Shown here one piece after another: positions 1 to 10,163 of a stretch of 64,000 nt of DNA. The position numbers and the translations under genes are program-made. The notes beneath the pieces were generated by a model. That model did no database searches, was not told where the DNA came from, and was given only the letters and a program-made list of their open reading frames with translations. The stretch is from a virus, in IMG/VR virus record IMGVR_UViG_3300032092_000025, positions 5,473-69,472 of that record; one strand, 5' to 3'. Position 1 is the stretch's first letter; every line of letters begins with the position of its first letter.

Positions 1-202
1 CAACTAATTTCTGTTTGAATATTTCCGCTTTCAGAAAAAGTTCCTTAATTTTATTTTCCTCTTTTGGTTTTGGGACAGGAGAAATGTGTGTTAATTCAAG
101 TAATTCACCTGAAATCATATCAAAAAGTGCCCACCCAATAGTTTTCGTTGACACATCTAAACCCAGAACTTTCGGGTTATTCCTAATCTGTTGCTTTGCC
201 AT
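1..202 (-). CDS. RuvC-like Holliday junction resolvase (RNase H fold), N-terminal part; runs off the window start
   Basis: Not in the ORF track. Manual translation from ATG at 202 gives MAKQQIRNNPKVLGLDVSTKTIGWALFDMISGELLELTHI..., open to the edge. LGLDxSTxxxGWA is the RuvC/YqgF first-strand motif. Confidence 0.75.
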   Translation of the reverse strand, partial: MAKQQIRNNPKVLGLDVSTKTIGWALFDMISGELLELTHISPVPKPKEENKIKELFLKAEIFKQKLV

Positions 203-247
203 ATATTAACTATGGTAATATAAACAATCTAATTGTAAATAATTTCG

Positions 248-2494
248 TTAGAAATCAAGTTTAACGAGGAATTGTTGAATACTTTGTCTTTGGATTGGTG
301 ATTGTAATTTAGATATCGCCATTAAATCTCTATCTGAATCAAACAGCCCTATCTCTGATACCCAAGAAGTTGTACCAGGTGTCCAAGTAGGATTTGACGA
401 ACTTAAGAACTGATTTTGTGATAAATTACATAACCATCTCATTTCATAAATTGTTGCCTGTATCTCAGTTTCCAAATTACCGTAGAAGAAGTATTCGTCT
501 CCAAAGTTTAATGTTTGTCCTGTTTCTCCGATTGTCGGTAGTGTAATATAATTATTTAGGTCGTATGTTGGTGCGGATTCATACATAGAACTTGTAATAA
601 CAAAAGTTGTTGCAGTAAGTTGTGCGACTGTGAAAGGACTAATTTGTGCCGTTACATCAACCTTTTTCCACCCTGACGGGTCCGGTCTAACATCACCAGT
701 CACTTTTTGACAAAGTATTTCAAACGTATTAAAATCACTCATATTAGGTAAACATCCAAATTCATTACCAAAAGTAACTGAGACATTTTGACTAACTGAG
801 TTACAACTTTGGTTAGGTCCTTGTAATTTTTGATAATAATTACAATGTAAAGAATTTGTAAGGAATAGTGATGTGGATATTCTATATGTTATATACATAT
901 ATTGGGTGTTACCCGTTAAAACCCCTTGTTCCGAACCATCTGGTGTTACCAATGCAACTCTTGGTGCCGGTAAAGTCCAATTTCTATTTGATTTATAAGA
1001 TAATGCCGCAATAATTTCCTCGTCATCTATAACTATTGTGTGTAAGTCGGGAAATACTTTACCTATTCTATTTGGTTGTCCATCGACATTTGCATTTGTG
1101 TCCCAAAGGTGGTAATACCTGTGACCAGGTAAATTCATTTCAGTATTAACATTTGATGTTAAATAATGTTCTTGGAAAAGACCAAGCTCATCAAATCCTT
1201 CAGGGTCAACATAGAATGTTTGACCTTGACAACAATCTGTTGATTTGTGCCATTGTAAAGTTGGTATGTGTAATCTGAAATTTCTTGCCATACCAACTGT
1301 GTTGGTGACATTGTCAGAATCATAAGGTTGTAATGCAAATTTTTCGCCATATACAAAATCTATTGTATTATTTGTATAATGAATTATCGCGATACATTTT
1401 TGTTCTTTACCTTGTACCGTAATTTGGTCACCTAATGAGTTATAATAATATACTGAACTACTATCTGATTGTCCTGTACTATTACTATATGCAAAATACT
1501 CTTTACTACCTAAATATGAAGTCGAATTGTAACTATCGTATCCTTGGTATACTGAACCATTAACACCTGCCGGTGATTCACTCCAAGGTATATTCATATT
1601 CCATACGTTAACATTAAATAAATCAACGTCGCAAACTGATTGGAAATTAAGTACGTCTTGATTCCAATGTGGTTCAGGTGTTGCACTATCGTAGAATCCT
1701 GTCATACCTGATGGATAAAACAGAACTCTCGCGTTTCCGACTGCCCCCATACTCTGATAATTTGGGACACTTCTATCTAAGGTTAAAAGATTACCTGAAA
1801 CTGCAACAACCCTATAAGTTAAAATAGGATTGCAACTTTGGAATCCTAATAAACAATTACTGTCTGTGGGTGGCACTGGCGGACAAGGGTTGTAGGGGCT
1901 ATATGGTGGTGAACAAGTACCTGAACTTGGTGTATAAGTACAATTACAAGAAGTGTCTGTTTGATAATAAATTGTCATAAAATCTCCTGCCGAGAAACTG
2001 TATGTTGACGCAGTATTACATATACTAGTGTTAACCGTAACTTGATTATTATTTAAGGTTAAACTACTAATATCTACAACATAATTAGGTGTTTTTACAT
2101 ATTGAGAACCTGTTCTCGCGTACCAATTAGTCGGTAAAGTAGTTGTGTCGGCACTGAAAAAACCTCTCATAGGGGCTACGTTATATACATCAGAAATTAC
2201 TGAATCCATAAATGGAATTCCGTATTTAGGTCCTCCTACTTCATCAATATAATAAGGATATTTTACATTTTGTGAGTTTGCCTGTGGTACGGGGGCACCA
2301 TTTTGTGAGTTAAATGCAGGTTCCAAAACTACAGTGTTTGTTTGATTGTATCCTGTGATTGTATTGTAAGATATCTCACTATCTCCAACTTGGAAGTATC
2401 TGATGTTAAAATTACCTTGGGACATTTTTTCTCTTCCAATGTCTGTAATTCTTGTATTGATTAATCCTGATGTATTTTTTAATATATAAGCCAT
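248..2494 (-). CDS. Virion/baseplate-associated protein with tail-collar-fibre (DUF3751-like) termini
   Basis: N-terminal ITDIGREKM...FQVGDSE and C-terminal VSEIGLFDSDRDLMAISKL resemble the two halves of the P2 gpH-type fibre attachment domain; last gene of the baseplate cluster. Confidence 0.55.
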   Translation of the reverse strand: MAYILKNTSGLINTRITDIGREKMSQGNFNIRYFQVGDSEISYNTITGYNQTNTVVLEPAFNSQNGAPVPQANSQNVKYPYYIDEVGGPKYGIPFMDSVISDVYNVAPMRGFFSADTTTLPTNWYARTGSQYVKTPNYVVDISSLTLNNNQVTVNTSICNTASTYSFSAGDFMTIYYQTDTSCNCTYTPSSGTCSPPYSPYNPCPPVPPTDSNCLLGFQSCNPILTYRVVAVSGNLLTLDRSVPNYQSMGAVGNARVLFYPSGMTGFYDSATPEPHWNQDVLNFQSVCDVDLFNVNVWNMNIPWSESPAGVNGSVYQGYDSYNSTSYLGSKEYFAYSNSTGQSDSSSVYYYNSLGDQITVQGKEQKCIAIIHYTNNTIDFVYGEKFALQPYDSDNVTNTVGMARNFRLHIPTLQWHKSTDCCQGQTFYVDPEGFDELGLFQEHYLTSNVNTEMNLPGHRYYHLWDTNANVDGQPNRIGKVFPDLHTIVIDDEEIIAALSYKSNRNWTLPAPRVALVTPDGSEQGVLTGNTQYMYITYRISTSLFLTNSLHCNYYQKLQGPNQSCNSVSQNVSVTFGNEFGCLPNMSDFNTFEILCQKVTGDVRPDPSGWKKVDVTAQISPFTVAQLTATTFVITSSMYESAPTYDLNNYITLPTIGETGQTLNFGDEYFFYGNLETEIQATIYEMRWLCNLSQNQFLSSSNPTWTPGTTSWVSEIGLFDSDRDLMAISKLQSPIQRQSIQQFLVKLDF

Positions 2495-2499
2495 ATTAT

Positions 2500-4128
2500 T
2501 TAAGATGGGCAGGTTCCTGACGAAACTGTTAATGTCTGAGATTGACCTTGTGTGGATGTATTACAACACGAACATCCTGTTACTCGCGGTTGAGTTATAT
2601 TTAGGTAATCGTTCACTTTAACACAACAACTTGCATTACTTGGATTAAAGACCGTTACTACTGATTGTCCGCTTACAACATCCGAACCTGTTAGTGTAAT
2701 ATTATTATATGTTTTTGTTATTCCTGTAATATATTGCATAATCCCTTGACCTTTTGGGCACGTACCAATATTTGGATTAGTACTTGTATTGGTTTGAGAA
2801 GTTGGTGTTATTGCGAGTGTCGTACCATTTTTTGTAATTTGTGTAGATTGAGTAAAACTTCCATTTGAAGAATTATTACTGAACACGGCAAAATTCAAAT
2901 TATCAACTAAATTAAAAGTAATTGTGGTACCAACCGGAAGACTTGTAGGTTGGTTTAAATCATTTAACACTGAAACTGTAAAATTAATTCTTTTCTGTGT
3001 TGCGGTTATAGTAGTTGTTGTTGCATTAACGACTAACTTATAATTTGTTGGTGTGTTATTGTTAGATAAAGTAACATTGTTTTGAACAATTGTATTGTTC
3101 GCATCTTTTGCATAAACTGAATAAGACCCTCCAACCAAATTATTAAATAATCTACTTAATCCTCCTGAGAAAACTGATAATCCACCATCAATAGACCAAA
3201 GTATTGGTGTGGTGGCATTTTGAACTTCCATAAAAATAGAACCATTCGATTGACCAACACAACTAGGATTTGTTCCTTGTAAAGTTTTGAAACTCATTTG
3301 TGGTGTACTACAAGAACCAACGTAGGATGTCGTCGGGTTATCAAATAATCCTCTACCACTAATTTGCCAAAGTCCTATTGGAGGATTGCTAGGATTTGAA
3401 TTAATTAAGAATTGAGAACCTATCTGTGTGAACCAATAATTATTAGTTGAATTCCAAATTATTGTATATGTCGATGATGTGAAAGTATTTTTACCATTTA
3501 CTATGTTTGCAGTCTTATTAAACTCCAAACTTGTTGTTGGACCTTGTAAACATATGCTTTGTGGTACGAATGGTGGAGGTATTGGTGTTGGTGTAGGGGT
3601 TGATGTTGGTGTAGGGGTTGGTGGTGCCAACGTACAGATTGTAGTTGCGGTATAATCGGGTCCACCACCAGGCCAAGAATAATCTGTAACTGTTATGGTA
3701 TAAATTTTTGAGGTATTGGCGTTTGATAAAGTAGCCCCTAAATATCCATTATCCCAAAGAATCTTATATGGAGGTGTACCTCCTGAAACATTTATAGTTA
3801 TTGTAGACGCAGTAATATTAGGTGAACACTCTATAGTTAGAGGGGTAACTGTAATAATATCACATTCACTTGTTGCAGTAATTCTAACGCAAGGGTGTGA
3901 TGATATACAGGTAGAACAACTACCAAATGATGTTAAAGTTGCACCAACCGATGAATATGTTGGGGCTCCTGGTAATAATTGTGATGATGGTATAACAATT
4001 GAACATCCCGTGAAACTATTTGGTATTTGAGCATAGTAAGAATCTCCAACTGTAAGTGCCGAACCCAAATTAGTAAGAACAAATGTTTTACTACTATCAC
4101 AACAGGACTTTAAATATGATATTGCCAT
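2500..4128 (-). CDS. Cys/Thr-rich putative fibre or adhesin protein with SprB-like repeats and a Pro-Thr linker
   Basis: VSGGTPPYKILWDNG...YTITVTD and NPSCVGQSNGSI...NLVGGSYSVYAKDAN are SprB-type repeats; PTPTPTSTPTPTP linker; N-terminal Cys module. Confidence 0.6.
   Translation of the reverse strand: MAISYLKSCCDSSKTFVLTNLGSALTVGDSYYAQIPNSFTGCSIVIPSSQLLPGAPTYSSVGATLTSFGSCSTCISSHPCVRITATSECDIITVTPLTIECSPNITASTITINVSGGTPPYKILWDNGYLGATLSNANTSKIYTITVTDYSWPGGGPDYTATTICTLAPPTPTPTSTPTPTPIPPPFVPQSICLQGPTTSLEFNKTANIVNGKNTFTSSTYTIIWNSTNNYWFTQIGSQFLINSNPSNPPIGLWQISGRGLFDNPTTSYVGSCSTPQMSFKTLQGTNPSCVGQSNGSIFMEVQNATTPILWSIDGGLSVFSGGLSRLFNNLVGGSYSVYAKDANNTIVQNNVTLSNNNTPTNYKLVVNATTTTITATQKRINFTVSVLNDLNQPTSLPVGTTITFNLVDNLNFAVFSNNSSNGSFTQSTQITKNGTTLAITPTSQTNTSTNPNIGTCPKGQGIMQYITGITKTYNNITLTGSDVVSGQSVVTVFNPSNASCCVKVNDYLNITQPRVTGCSCCNTSTQGQSQTLTVSSGTCPS
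3581..3625 (-). repeat. Pro-Thr low-complexity linker (PPTPTPTSTPTPTPIPPP)
   Basis: Plus strand shows tandem ggtgtt/ggtgta/ggggtt hexamers. Confidence 0.8.
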
Positions 4129-4193
4129 TAAACTTTTTTTTAACTAAAAAAATAATCTTGTATTTTTGATTATAAATATCTAACCCGATGTTT

Positions 4194-4937
4194 TTAACAA
4201 GGATTAATTTCTTCACAATCACTACAACTCCTCATTATTGGGTTTGGTAGTACAATAGAATAATCTCTATTGATACTTGAATTCCAATCAGTGGTACTTA
4301 TATATGTTTGGTCAGGTGTTTCATAATTAGCGATAACAATAGTACACCCTGTATAACCAGTCCCTGTTCCTGTTCCCGATGGAGGTATTTCAACATACCA
4401 AGATATTTCGGGTTCAAATGTAGATTGAAAAGTTTCTTCAAATGTGAATGTATAGTTTGAGCAGCACGCACTAAAATAAGTAGGGGCGACAAAATTATAA
4501 CAATCTTGACACGTAGAAAAAGTTGAACCTGTTATTAACAAATCTATTGCAGCATCATTCGTAAATTGAAACCCTGAAAATATCCAACATTGTCCGAAAT
4601 TTTCTAATGATGCAACCTCTCCAAAATTAAGAATTGGTACATTCTCCGTGTATAAACAAACTGAAGTGTCGGCACAATTACAGAATGTTGCATAAACACC
4701 TGGTAATAAAGTACAAACAACAGGAATTTCTTTAAGACAAGGTACTAATAATTCGTTTATTTTAAGTGTTATCGCCGGCGCTCCACTAAAGGCGTCAGGT
4801 AAAGGTATTACTTCAATTGGTGGTACAGTATTCGTTATCGTATCAATGTATATACAATCGTTCCCTAAAAAATTACATATATAAATCTCATAAGGGGGTG
4901 TAAGTCCTGTTATGGATGATATTATAATGTTTTTCAT
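4194..4937 (-). CDS. Cys-rich putative virion protein
   Basis: 247 aa with two Cys modules (CNC...CQDC and CC...GC...CSDC...PC); closely packed with its neighbours. Confidence 0.55.
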   Translation of the reverse strand: MKNIIISSITGLTPPYEIYICNFLGNDCIYIDTITNTVPPIEVIPLPDAFSGAPAITLKINELLVPCLKEIPVVCTLLPGVYATFCNCADTSVCLYTENVPILNFGEVASLENFGQCWIFSGFQFTNDAAIDLLITGSTFSTCQDCYNFVAPTYFSACCSNYTFTFEETFQSTFEPEISWYVEIPPSGTGTGTGYTGCTIVIANYETPDQTYISTTDWNSSINRDYSIVLPNPIMRSCSDCEEINPC

Positions 4938-4938
4938 T

Positions 4939-7176
4939 TTAAGGACAACTAACGCAATTTATTATGTAACCTATTTTCAACTGAACTGTAATAGTTTGGT
5001 TAGACAACCCTGTTGTCGATTCTTCACAATCAGTGTTTATTGTTATTGTATTATTAGCAACATCAACCACAACATCACCAATTCCTGTTACACCACTTAA
5101 TAAAGTTTCAACTGCACTATACCATTGAGCCTCTGTTGGTATTGTTGTTAATGTGGTTGCAGTATAAAATGATTGGCTGAATCCTGTACCTGCGACACTA
5201 GTATGCGCTGAGAAAGTTGCCGAACTAAATAAACAGTCAGTACAATTATCTATCAAATCTAAATAACCCTCAATAAACATTTTTGATATTGTTCTTTCTG
5301 TTAGAACACCCGTACTTGTAATTGTACTGTCGCACACTTCAAATAAAGAAGTGTTAGATAAAATATAGTTTCCTGTTAAAGTTATATCTCTTGTTGATGT
5401 ACAACCATCATCGTCGATAACCGTTAAAGAGTAAGTGCCGGCCGATAAATTAGTGACTGTGGTACCTGTTTGTCCATTGACATTTGAAGACCAATTCAAA
5501 GAATACGGAGGATTTCCTTGATAGATGTTAGCATAAATTTGACCGTTTGACCCATTAGTTGAATTTGTAGGTATAAGAACAAAATCTAATTGTTGGCTTG
5601 GGTCTATAGTGAAATTGGAAGTTTGATTACAAAAACTTTTAGTATCTTCTATCAAAATATCATACGAACCTGATGAAAGATTATTGAAGGTGTATGACGT
5701 TAAAAACGTTGGTGGTGATGGTGATATTTCTGTCCCATCTCCGCCCTCTATAGAATAAACAAATGGTCCTGTACCTCCAGAACTTTTAGTTATTGTAACA
5801 GAACCATTACTTTGCCCACAAGTTGCTCCTGTAACACTAGATGAAACTGTATATAAAGAAGTTGATTGTACTTCATACGTACCTGAAAAAGTACAAGTAC
5901 CGTCTGTAATTGATAATGTATAAGTATCTGCAGATAAACCTCCGAACGTTGTATTAGTTGTACCGATTCTTTGTTTTGTGTTATTAGAAGAATTGGTCAA
6001 AGTGTATGTAAAATCTCTACTTCCGCCAACCAATAGAATACTTATAGAACCGTTATTAGAGTCACAAGTACTATTATTAACATTTACTGAACTTACACCA
6101 AAACTATTAGGTTGTATTAAAGTTACTGTTTCATTATCATTACATAAAGCAGAATCTGTGACCTCAATAAAATATGAACCAGCAGATAACCCTGTGAATG
6201 TATATATTTGTGAATAACTAACATCGATATAAGATATTGAAGGTATGTAATACCTGTACGGTGGTGTTCCGTCTATTACGGTTATTTGTATTGAACCATT
6301 TGATGCAAAACAAGTTGGTGAAATTGGTATTACCTCTCCTATTTTTACGGCATTTGTCTCTGAAATTGTTGGTGTTTGAGTTAGGGTACAACCTTGTGAA
6401 TCCGTTATTGTTATTGAGTATTGACCTGCACTAAGACCTGTTATGGAAGAACCTGATAAAGATTGTCCTGTTGATTCTAAATAGAGTAATGGATTAACTG
6501 ATGACCATTGATATGTGTATGGGGGAGTACCTGTCAAACCTGTAATAAAAAGTCTACCAACACCTGTTGAGGCGTTCCCACAATCCGCATCGTTGACAAT
6601 ATATAGTCCATAATCAACCTCTACTGAACTACCAATAATACAAGATTCACTTTTACCTGTACATCCCCCACCATCGTCAGCGATTACATAATAAACACCA
6701 TCATCTAACGAATCAAATACGTATGAGTTATCTACACTTGAAGTTGATTGGAGTAGTACATCATTTCTATATAAATCAAATTGTACAGTACCATATGAAT
6801 TCAAGGTAGATGCAGATAATGAACCATTTGATAATCCACAAGTTGTATTTGATATGGTACCTAAACTTACACAAGAACTCGCAGAAGAAATGTAGATGTT
6901 TATGGTCGCTATGTTATTTTCAGTGGTCGCAGTTGGGTTACCGCAAGTATCGTTTAACCTTAAAATGTAAAGTCCTGCGGATAGGTTTGTGACTTCAATA
7001 GTTCCACTATTAACCGTGTCAGTATACTGAAATGAAATAGGACTATTAATTGGTTCAATCCAAGTGATAGTTATTGGTTCTGCAGTGGTACTTAAATATA
7101 GAGTAAACCCACCTGAACCATTATTTTGGCAGTCACCAGTTACACTAAAACTACTTAAATTAGCAGGACAAGACAT
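4939..7176 (-). CDS. SprB-repeat protein (putative tail fibre/adhesin)
   Basis: Multiple tandem units such as GLTGTPPYTYQWS...ITGLSAGQYSITITDSQGC, PTCFASNGSIQITVIDGTPPY and GNPPYSLNWS...TNLSAGTYSLTVIDDDGC, characteristic of the SprB repeat (PF13573). Confidence 0.8.
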   Translation of the reverse strand: MSCPANLSSFSVTGDCQNNGSGGFTLYLSTTAEPITITWIEPINSPISFQYTDTVNSGTIEVTNLSAGLYILRLNDTCGNPTATTENNIATINIYISSASSCVSLGTISNTTCGLSNGSLSASTLNSYGTVQFDLYRNDVLLQSTSSVDNSYVFDSLDDGVYYVIADDGGGCTGKSESCIIGSSVEVDYGLYIVNDADCGNASTGVGRLFITGLTGTPPYTYQWSSVNPLLYLESTGQSLSGSSITGLSAGQYSITITDSQGCTLTQTPTISETNAVKIGEVIPISPTCFASNGSIQITVIDGTPPYRYYIPSISYIDVSYSQIYTFTGLSAGSYFIEVTDSALCNDNETVTLIQPNSFGVSSVNVNNSTCDSNNGSISILLVGGSRDFTYTLTNSSNNTKQRIGTTNTTFGGLSADTYTLSITDGTCTFSGTYEVQSTSLYTVSSSVTGATCGQSNGSVTITKSSGGTGPFVYSIEGGDGTEISPSPPTFLTSYTFNNLSSGSYDILIEDTKSFCNQTSNFTIDPSQQLDFVLIPTNSTNGSNGQIYANIYQGNPPYSLNWSSNVNGQTGTTVTNLSAGTYSLTVIDDDGCTSTRDITLTGNYILSNTSLFEVCDSTITSTGVLTERTISKMFIEGYLDLIDNCTDCLFSSATFSAHTSVAGTGFSQSFYTATTLTTIPTEAQWYSAVETLLSGVTGIGDVVVDVANNTITINTDCEESTTGLSNQTITVQLKIGYIINCVSCP

Positions 7177-7181
7177 TTATT

Positions 7182-10163
7182 TTATGAACAAGATATTGTA
7201 AAGTTTATTCCAACATTAATTTTAAATTCTGAATTTAAATTATTACCATCACAAGTGATTGTATAGACGGTTACTTGATTGTCAGATATAATATAATCTA
7301 AACCATAATTAATTAAAGTGTCCAATTGAGTTTGTAAAGCGGTCAACCATTCAGTTTGACTTGGGTAACTTATACCTTCAGGTAATCCAATACCAACACC
7401 GTCAAAGAATTTTTCATTGATTATTTGTGACCCTCCTAAACTTATGTTAACATACCAATCACTGTTAATAGAATTGAAGTCACAGTTTGCCCCAATTGTA
7501 TAACCATTAACAACACTATTTAGAACACTTCCAAAATTTGAACCTATAGAAGGATTAGATGTCCAAGGGTATATATCACATACTGTAGACGCTTCAGGAC
7601 AATCGTAAGTCAATATTGGCCCGACAAGTGTACAAGGATTACAAGGTACAGGTACGATTTGACAACCTCTTTGTCTTCTCCAAACAAATTTTTGTCTATG
7701 AAATGCTGAATTTTCGTATTTAACACCTGTGTTCCATATCGTAGTTGCAGGCATCATTTGTTCTACTAATCTTATCCAATAACTTCCGAGTCCTTGGACG
7801 TAATCTATCATCTTTTGGTATGTGAAAAGGCTGTCGGGTATTTCTTCTAAATCAATTGATTTTAAGTATTTCCAATAAACTGACTCTAAAGTTGGGTAAC
7901 CTCCCGTTTTTCCATTTGTAATAAATTGTCTGTCTCTAACATTTATCATATTTTGCCAAAAAGTTTGTGCAAATTCAAAAAATGTTTTCTGAGTTGGGTT
8001 CGGGTCAATTAATGTTTTATCTAATATCACAGGATTAAGATATGTTGGACAATAACAGTTTCCGCTTATAGTATATCCCGTTGATGGTATTGGATAATCA
8101 TAATTTGATGACAAATACCATACATCGTATGTTAAGGCTTGTCCTGGATTAAGGTATACTTCTGTATTTTTAACATTCAAAATTAAGTTTTCATCGTCAA
8201 CAAAATAAAATGAATTATTACCGTCTGTGTTTCTTCTTAATCCTGTTTCTGAATTAGACCAACTTTTTTTATTATCTCTAATTTTACCCAATGTAAAACC
8301 TAAATCAGAATAAGGAAAATCTCTAAATCTATCCAAATATCTCTGTCCATATGAAAAATCTCTTAACACTGTTTGTATGTTAGGGTTTTGACCTGTAAAA
8401 CTACTACCGGTGGCATCAAACATCTCGTCAGACCTATGTTGTGTTGTAGACTCAAACCATCCCTCACCTAGTTGGAAATAGAAATCGTCGGTATCTTCAG
8501 GGGCTCTTGGGTATCCACTATCATCTACAGGGTATTCATCCCTTGTAATGTTAGAATCTTGAGTATTGGATGTTGTTGTAAAACCTGTAAATTCTCTACC
8601 TTGTATTCTAAATAAAATTTCAGGGTCTAAAGCCGGTAATTCTTGGTTATATGTACCTCCTGAGATATTGGCAAACTCTTGATTAAACTGAGCCATGTTT
8701 ATTTTTTGGTCAGCGACATAAATTGTTTCATTGAATTCGATTAATGCGTCAGGTGCTCCAATTAATTTTAATAAACCTTCTATTGATTTTCTAGTCCCTT
8801 TGGACTTAAACAAATAGGCGGAATTAAGTATTAGATTTCTATAGAATTGATAATTCAATTCATCAGGTGTGTAACTTCTACTCAACCCCAAAAATTGTGA
8901 GGGTTGGGATGTCCCGAAAACTGAATCTAAGAAATTAGTATTTGTAATCGGAGAGATGTTATCCGACCAACCTAATGTTTGGGCTAAATTTTTTAATAAC
9001 TGAGATGGTATGTCATTTCCAACATTATAGTTTACCGAATTCATATATGCTAATGCGTCTATGAATTTTTTTACTTGGTCAAAACTTCTACCGTATATTT
9101 GTAATACTTTAGTTATCTTTTGGTCATCAGTATCAAAGTCTTTAAACGCACCTGTTGTTAAAAATCTAACAATAAGGTTTGTTCTAAATTGGTCAAATTC
9201 TTCTGTTAAATTAGAAAGTTTGTTTACGTAGGTATTAAAACTTGGGGTTCTTATATCGATATTCCACAAACCATCCTTTGGCCAAGTTGCGGATTCTGAT
9301 GTCAAATAAAAAGAACCATCGTTTCGTTCTCTTATTATACTGAAATTTGCGGTATAAATAGGTGTCACTAATCTATTCAATAAAAATCTCTCAACTTCAT
9401 CGAAGTCTTGGGAAAAAACCCTTTCTGTATTATCATCATTTGGTTTTACGTATAAATTATCATAAGAAATTGAACCTCCACTGAATGGGTCACCAACTAC
9501 ATTTATAACCAAATTTCCGGTTGTTAAACTAGTTGTAGGAAATATTTTAAGAACTTTATAAGACGAATCATTAATGTATAACGCATAGTTAATTGCGTTA
9601 TCAGTCATATTCCTCAAAGGTGATAATTCTGTTTCACTAACCGATATATTTCTAGCAGCATTTGTCGTGAAGTCAACTGATAGTGGGTTTGATATTTTAC
9701 TTACATCTAATGTAAAAGTTGTGAAGTTATTAACGGGGTCGAACGTGATGTTAGTAGCAGTAGAACCTGTTGTAAAATTTTTTCTTTGTGTTGTTGATTC
9801 TAAAGCGGCAGGGAAAAAATTAATTATTTTTGTTAGTGAAACAGAAACTCTTTTTGATAAAGAACCATACTGACTAAAATTAGTTACCTGACTTAAATCA
9901 AAATTTGGAAAGACTTGGAAGTTTTTTTCAACTATGGTTTTTGACTCCTCAATACTCGTTACGCCTAACGAATCCAAAGTTATTGGGTCAGAAAATGTAC
10001 CAATTATAAACTCTCTATTACTTTTTTCTGTAACACTAGTTGTGAACTCAAAATTACCCTGTGTCAAACCACCACCACCGACAAGTTGAAATCCAACTAA
10101 ATTATCGGAAAATGTATTATCTGCAGTTGCTTTTTGTGGAGGACAAAGATACTTTTTAGCCAT
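7182..10163 (-). CDS. Baseplate wedge protein with a P2 gpI/T4 gp7-like segment
   Basis: LLKNLAQTLGW...YRNLILNSAYLFKSKGTRKSIEGLLKLIG resembles Tail_P2_I; located downstream of the gp25 and gp6 genes. Confidence 0.65.
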   Translation of the reverse strand: MAKKYLCPPQKATADNTFSDNLVGFQLVGGGGLTQGNFEFTTSVTEKSNREFIIGTFSDPITLDSLGVTSIEESKTIVEKNFQVFPNFDLSQVTNFSQYGSLSKRVSVSLTKIINFFPAALESTTQRKNFTTGSTATNITFDPVNNFTTFTLDVSKISNPLSVDFTTNAARNISVSETELSPLRNMTDNAINYALYINDSSYKVLKIFPTTSLTTGNLVINVVGDPFSGGSISYDNLYVKPNDDNTERVFSQDFDEVERFLLNRLVTPIYTANFSIIRERNDGSFYLTSESATWPKDGLWNIDIRTPSFNTYVNKLSNLTEEFDQFRTNLIVRFLTTGAFKDFDTDDQKITKVLQIYGRSFDQVKKFIDALAYMNSVNYNVGNDIPSQLLKNLAQTLGWSDNISPITNTNFLDSVFGTSQPSQFLGLSRSYTPDELNYQFYRNLILNSAYLFKSKGTRKSIEGLLKLIGAPDALIEFNETIYVADQKINMAQFNQEFANISGGTYNQELPALDPEILFRIQGREFTGFTTTSNTQDSNITRDEYPVDDSGYPRAPEDTDDFYFQLGEGWFESTTQHRSDEMFDATGSSFTGQNPNIQTVLRDFSYGQRYLDRFRDFPYSDLGFTLGKIRDNKKSWSNSETGLRRNTDGNNSFYFVDDENLILNVKNTEVYLNPGQALTYDVWYLSSNYDYPIPSTGYTISGNCYCPTYLNPVILDKTLIDPNPTQKTFFEFAQTFWQNMINVRDRQFITNGKTGGYPTLESVYWKYLKSIDLEEIPDSLFTYQKMIDYVQGLGSYWIRLVEQMMPATTIWNTGVKYENSAFHRQKFVWRRQRGCQIVPVPCNPCTLVGPILTYDCPEASTVCDIYPWTSNPSIGSNFGSVLNSVVNGYTIGANCDFNSINSDWYVNISLGGSQIINEKFFDGVGIGLPEGISYPSQTEWLTALQTQLDTLINYGLDYIISDNQVTVYTITCDGNNLNSEFKINVGINFTISCS

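Noticed and set aside
1-202. Cas9/Cas12/TnpB/IscB RuvC-I motif (LGLD...IGWA)
   Set aside because: The motif is shared by all RuvC-fold proteins, only 67 codons are visible and no array is in the window; a phage resolvase is the simpler call, though the rest of the gene is not visible.
15-209. Plus-strand 64-aa ORF in the track
   Set aside because: It is the antisense shadow of the RuvC-like gene on the minus strand (1-202), which has a recognisable motif.
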